Below, one piece after another: positions 60,891 through 64,000 of a stretch of 64,000 nt of DNA (positions are counted from its first letter, which is position 1; each line of letters begins with the position of its first letter). The stretch is from Camelus ferus (lineage: Eukaryota): NCBI RefSeq assembly GCF_009834535.1, contig NC_045696.1, forward strand, positions 1,924,001 through 1,988,000. The letters are read 5' to 3'. The translations under genes were made by a program, and so were the position numbers. The notes below the pieces were generated by a model that was not told the origin of the DNA, searched no databases, and worked only from the letters and a program-made list of their open reading frames with translations.

Positions 60891-63361
60891 CTGAAAGGTG
60901 AACAGAAGAGTGTCAGCTCAGGCTTGTGCGTGTGGACATCAGGCTGGGGCATGGCAAGGCCACTCGGACAACACGGCTGATCTGGAAAAGGGGCACTACC
61001 CTAGTGCCATGGGGGCGGAGGACAGCTCTGAGGGCTGGAGGCTGACCCCCGACCCCGGGATGCCCGCAGCAGTGGTGATGGTGGAGCTGGGGGAGCCTCT
61101 GGGCACCCGGTGCCGGCGGGGCAGCCATGGAGGGAGGCTAGCTGAGCCCAGCTGCTGGATGCGCACCAGGAACCTGATGTGGTGTCCAGAACGGGGAGGC
61201 TGACTTAAGAGAGGAGGCCACAGATGGCCGAGTTGTCTTTGGCCCCAGTTTGAGGGTCACTGGTCACGTGGAAGCAGAGAAGCACAGCTGTAGGGACTGG
61301 ACGGGGGCGCGAGAGCCCAGGGAGCTCGACCCTGCAGAGCACTGAGCTCTCCCCTCCCCACAGGCAGGCTGTCCCGGGGCCCTGAGCCCTGCAAGTTCAC
61401 ACTGGACGCCTGTCCCCAGGGTTCCTCCGAGGACCTGCTCTTCACCAGGGGGTCTCCAGACCGGAAGATCATGAGACCATCGGTTTAGCCAAAACCAAGG
61501 CCTCCGGGAGCCGAGGGCCCACCAGTGTCCTGTCCCCAAGAGGACACACGGGACATTAGCCACAGCAGCACCAGGCCAGGCTGGCCCGTCATGCACCTGT
61601 CAGGGACGGCCCCCTCCCCAGGGGGGCTGCACCCCTGCCTCCTGGTTCTGGTTCTCTGTATTGCCTTCAAAGGCCCCATGTCCAAACTGCTGTAACGAAC
61701 TGGAATAAAACATCATACAAATGTGTTTACACACTTGCTACACGTCGTGACACCTGAACAACCTCTGCTTAGGAACCTGAGATAAACCTCTTCAGACCCA
61801 AATGGGTGGGACATCACTGGAACTGACACCTTGGGAGCCTGCTGGGTCGTGAGGTTCCATAGGCGCCCAACGGGGGGTGGGCGACCTCCAAAGATGAAGG
61901 CCATACCATGAGCCTCCAGTCTGGCCATTCAGGCTGCCCGGCCGTCTCTGGCTGTGAACACCAACGCTCCCGCGCTGGGGGAGGGACGCACCAGGCAGGT
62001 GGCAGAGCCATGGAACCCCACGCTCCGTCTGTGCGGTGGAGTGGTGGGACGGCTCAGTGCACCTGGCCTGGGAAGGGGGCCTGCCAGAGGCGGGATAATG
62101 CTACTGCTGCTGGAAAGAGAAGGCCGAGCAAAGCGCTGCAGGAGGGGCTGAACAGGGCCCTAACGACACAGGGCGGCGGGTACGCGCAGTGTCCCCATCC
62201 TGCGCCCCACCCAGGGGAGCGGGCTGCTCTCCATCTGTGCAATCGAGTGGGCAGGATGCCCGCAGTGAGGGGGCCAGTCTGCTCAGCATCTGTCCTGTCT
62301 GTCATGTTGCTGAATCCACCACAGAGGGCGGGCACTGGGGCCCTCCCTGGTGCTCGCCTGCATGAACAAGTGCTGCCCCCATGAGGCGTCCCAGGAGGCG
62401 ACCTCCCTCCCTACCTCCCTGGGCACCAGCGCCTCCGTACCCAGGGGGATGGAGAGAGAAGCGGGAGGTGCGCCTGCAGGCTGACCGGGCAGGGCCCCCA
62501 GTGGTGACAGTGGGTCCATGAAGGACGCTGACCCCTGGTGGGGCCCATCCCCTCCAGTCTCTGTGCCCCAGTCAGACTGGTAACCTCGTTCCTTTCCAGT
62601 CGGCTGATAAAAGGCAGCGAGCCACCTGGCGGAGGGCCTGTTCACCACGGTGCTGCTGAGAGGCCTCCCCAGCCAGGGACGACCCCAAGCCTGCAGCCAC
62701 TTGCTCCAGCACCGCCCTGGGACGCTCAAGTCAGAGCGGGACGAGGAGCCCCCGCTGGACGCTGGTGGGAAGGGCCACCGGACCAGCAGGTCTGACAGCG
62801 GAGTCGCCATCACTTGTCTCCGGGGCCTCCGGGTGTGGTTACGGCCGACCTCGCCAGGCCAAGGACAGGGGTCCAGGCGTGGGCTGTGGCTGGGCCTGTG
62901 ATGTGGCCCAGCGTGCGGCCGCCACAGAAGCCAGTCCTGGGGCGGCAGAGAAGGATCGGCCCGTGGCCCCTGGGGAAAGCAACCGAGAGCCACGGGTGTA
63001 GGAGACGATGCCCGCGGCAGCGGTGGCAGAGCACCGACGGGGCAGCAGCTGAGGGGCCGCTCCGAGCCGCATCAGGAAGGCGGCAGCCAGGCGCGGGCCA
63101 GGCAGGGACGGATACTCTGCTGGACGCTGACAGAACTGCCCCCCGCCCCCAACTAGGTCATCAGGAGAAATTACTATAACCACACAACCGCAGGATTTTC
63201 AGGGCTGGAAGGCACCTGTGACAGCGCATGAAACCCCCTGGGTTGTAACGAGGAAAGGGGCTGAGAGTTTCCGAAAGCACACAGCTCAGAGCAGCAGCTC
63301 CCACAGCGTGCCCGGCCGCCGCCCCCGCCCGCCCTGCAGGCCGTGCGGCGCACGCACCCAC

Positions 63362-63454
63362 CCGATGGGCTTCCCGGCCTGGTGGAACTCCTTCAGGACG
63401 CGCTCCACGTCTCGGTCCACCCGGCAGTCTTTCCCGTCCACGGCGAACGTGCTC
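63362..63454 (-). CDS. GATD3: GATD3 internal coding exon (upstream exons lie beyond the window)
   Basis: Acceptor tcttctctcgtggcag and donor gtgggt. 93 nt, phase 2 to 2: [30 protein letters not shown](G). Confidence 0.95.
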
Positions 63455-64000
63455 CTGCCACGAGAGAAGAGGCCTCCTGAGATCTCGGGGCCCCACGCTT
63501 GTGTGGGGAGCCCCCAGCCCACCCCAGGGGCCCTGTGCTCCCTTAACTTCTCAGCAACAGGAATAATTAACACGTGTGTGCAAGTACGTGTATGTGGCCT
63601 TTTATATAATTATATATCTTCCTTTTGTTTTTTAAAATATAAAGCAACATAGAAAAAAAAAGGAGGGGGGGCAGCAGAGGTGAACGGGGAAGCTGCCACA
63701 AGTCGGTGGGGGCTCAGGCCCTGAGCTACGCCCACACGGTCCTTGGGGGTTGATCCATCAATCGCGGAGCAGCAAGATGTGCCACCAGCGATGGATACTG
63801 CACCTCGCAGCAAGGGGAAGAGATGCAGAGTGCACAGGACCCCTCCTCTCTCTCCCGACAGCAAGACACTGAGGTATCTGCAGTGGTCTTCCTCTGGCTG
63901 GCAGACTCGCACCGGTACCACCTCTTGGGAAGATAAATTGCTGAGACTCAGCAAATGTCAAAGACCACACCTGTTTGCCAAGAGCTCCGCTTCCTGTTCT

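Noticed and set aside
59868..60980. 370-aa ORF antisense to GATD3
   Set aside because: Shadow ORF over a GATD3 exon and a C-rich intron, with no recognisable homology.
63538..63554. U12-branch-like cccttaac followed by AG on the + strand
   Set aside because: Antisense to GATD3, with no matching U12 donor or exon evidence.

Overview
GC-rich mammalian genomic DNA, probably camelid: the tRNA-derived SINEs resemble the camelid Vic-1 family. The region is syntenic with human 21q22.3. Two spliced genes lie tail to tail. On + are the last four coding exons and long 3' UTR of ICOSLG (ICOS ligand/B7-H2), 1 to ~10.15 kb. On - are the last three coding exons of GATD3 (C21orf33/ES1, DJ-1/PfpI superfamily), ~58.9-63.5 kb. 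The ~48 kb between them shows no credible protein-coding gene. It holds L1, L2, MIR, MaLR/ERV LTR and SINE fragments, minisatellites, CpG-rich patches and clusters of NF-kB/IRF/RUNX motifs. Almost all ORF-track entries are GC-content artefacts. The clearest non-obvious signal is that the last GATD3 intron is a U12-type AT-AC intron. Other points of interest are a splice-dead relic of the human alternative ICOSLG tail (ESWNLLLL), local AT-to-GC converted tracts in old L1 copies, and an L1 insertion with an apparent 3' transduction. I found no convincing evidence of a wholly new biological system. Repeat family names and human protein comparisons are from recall, not database searches.
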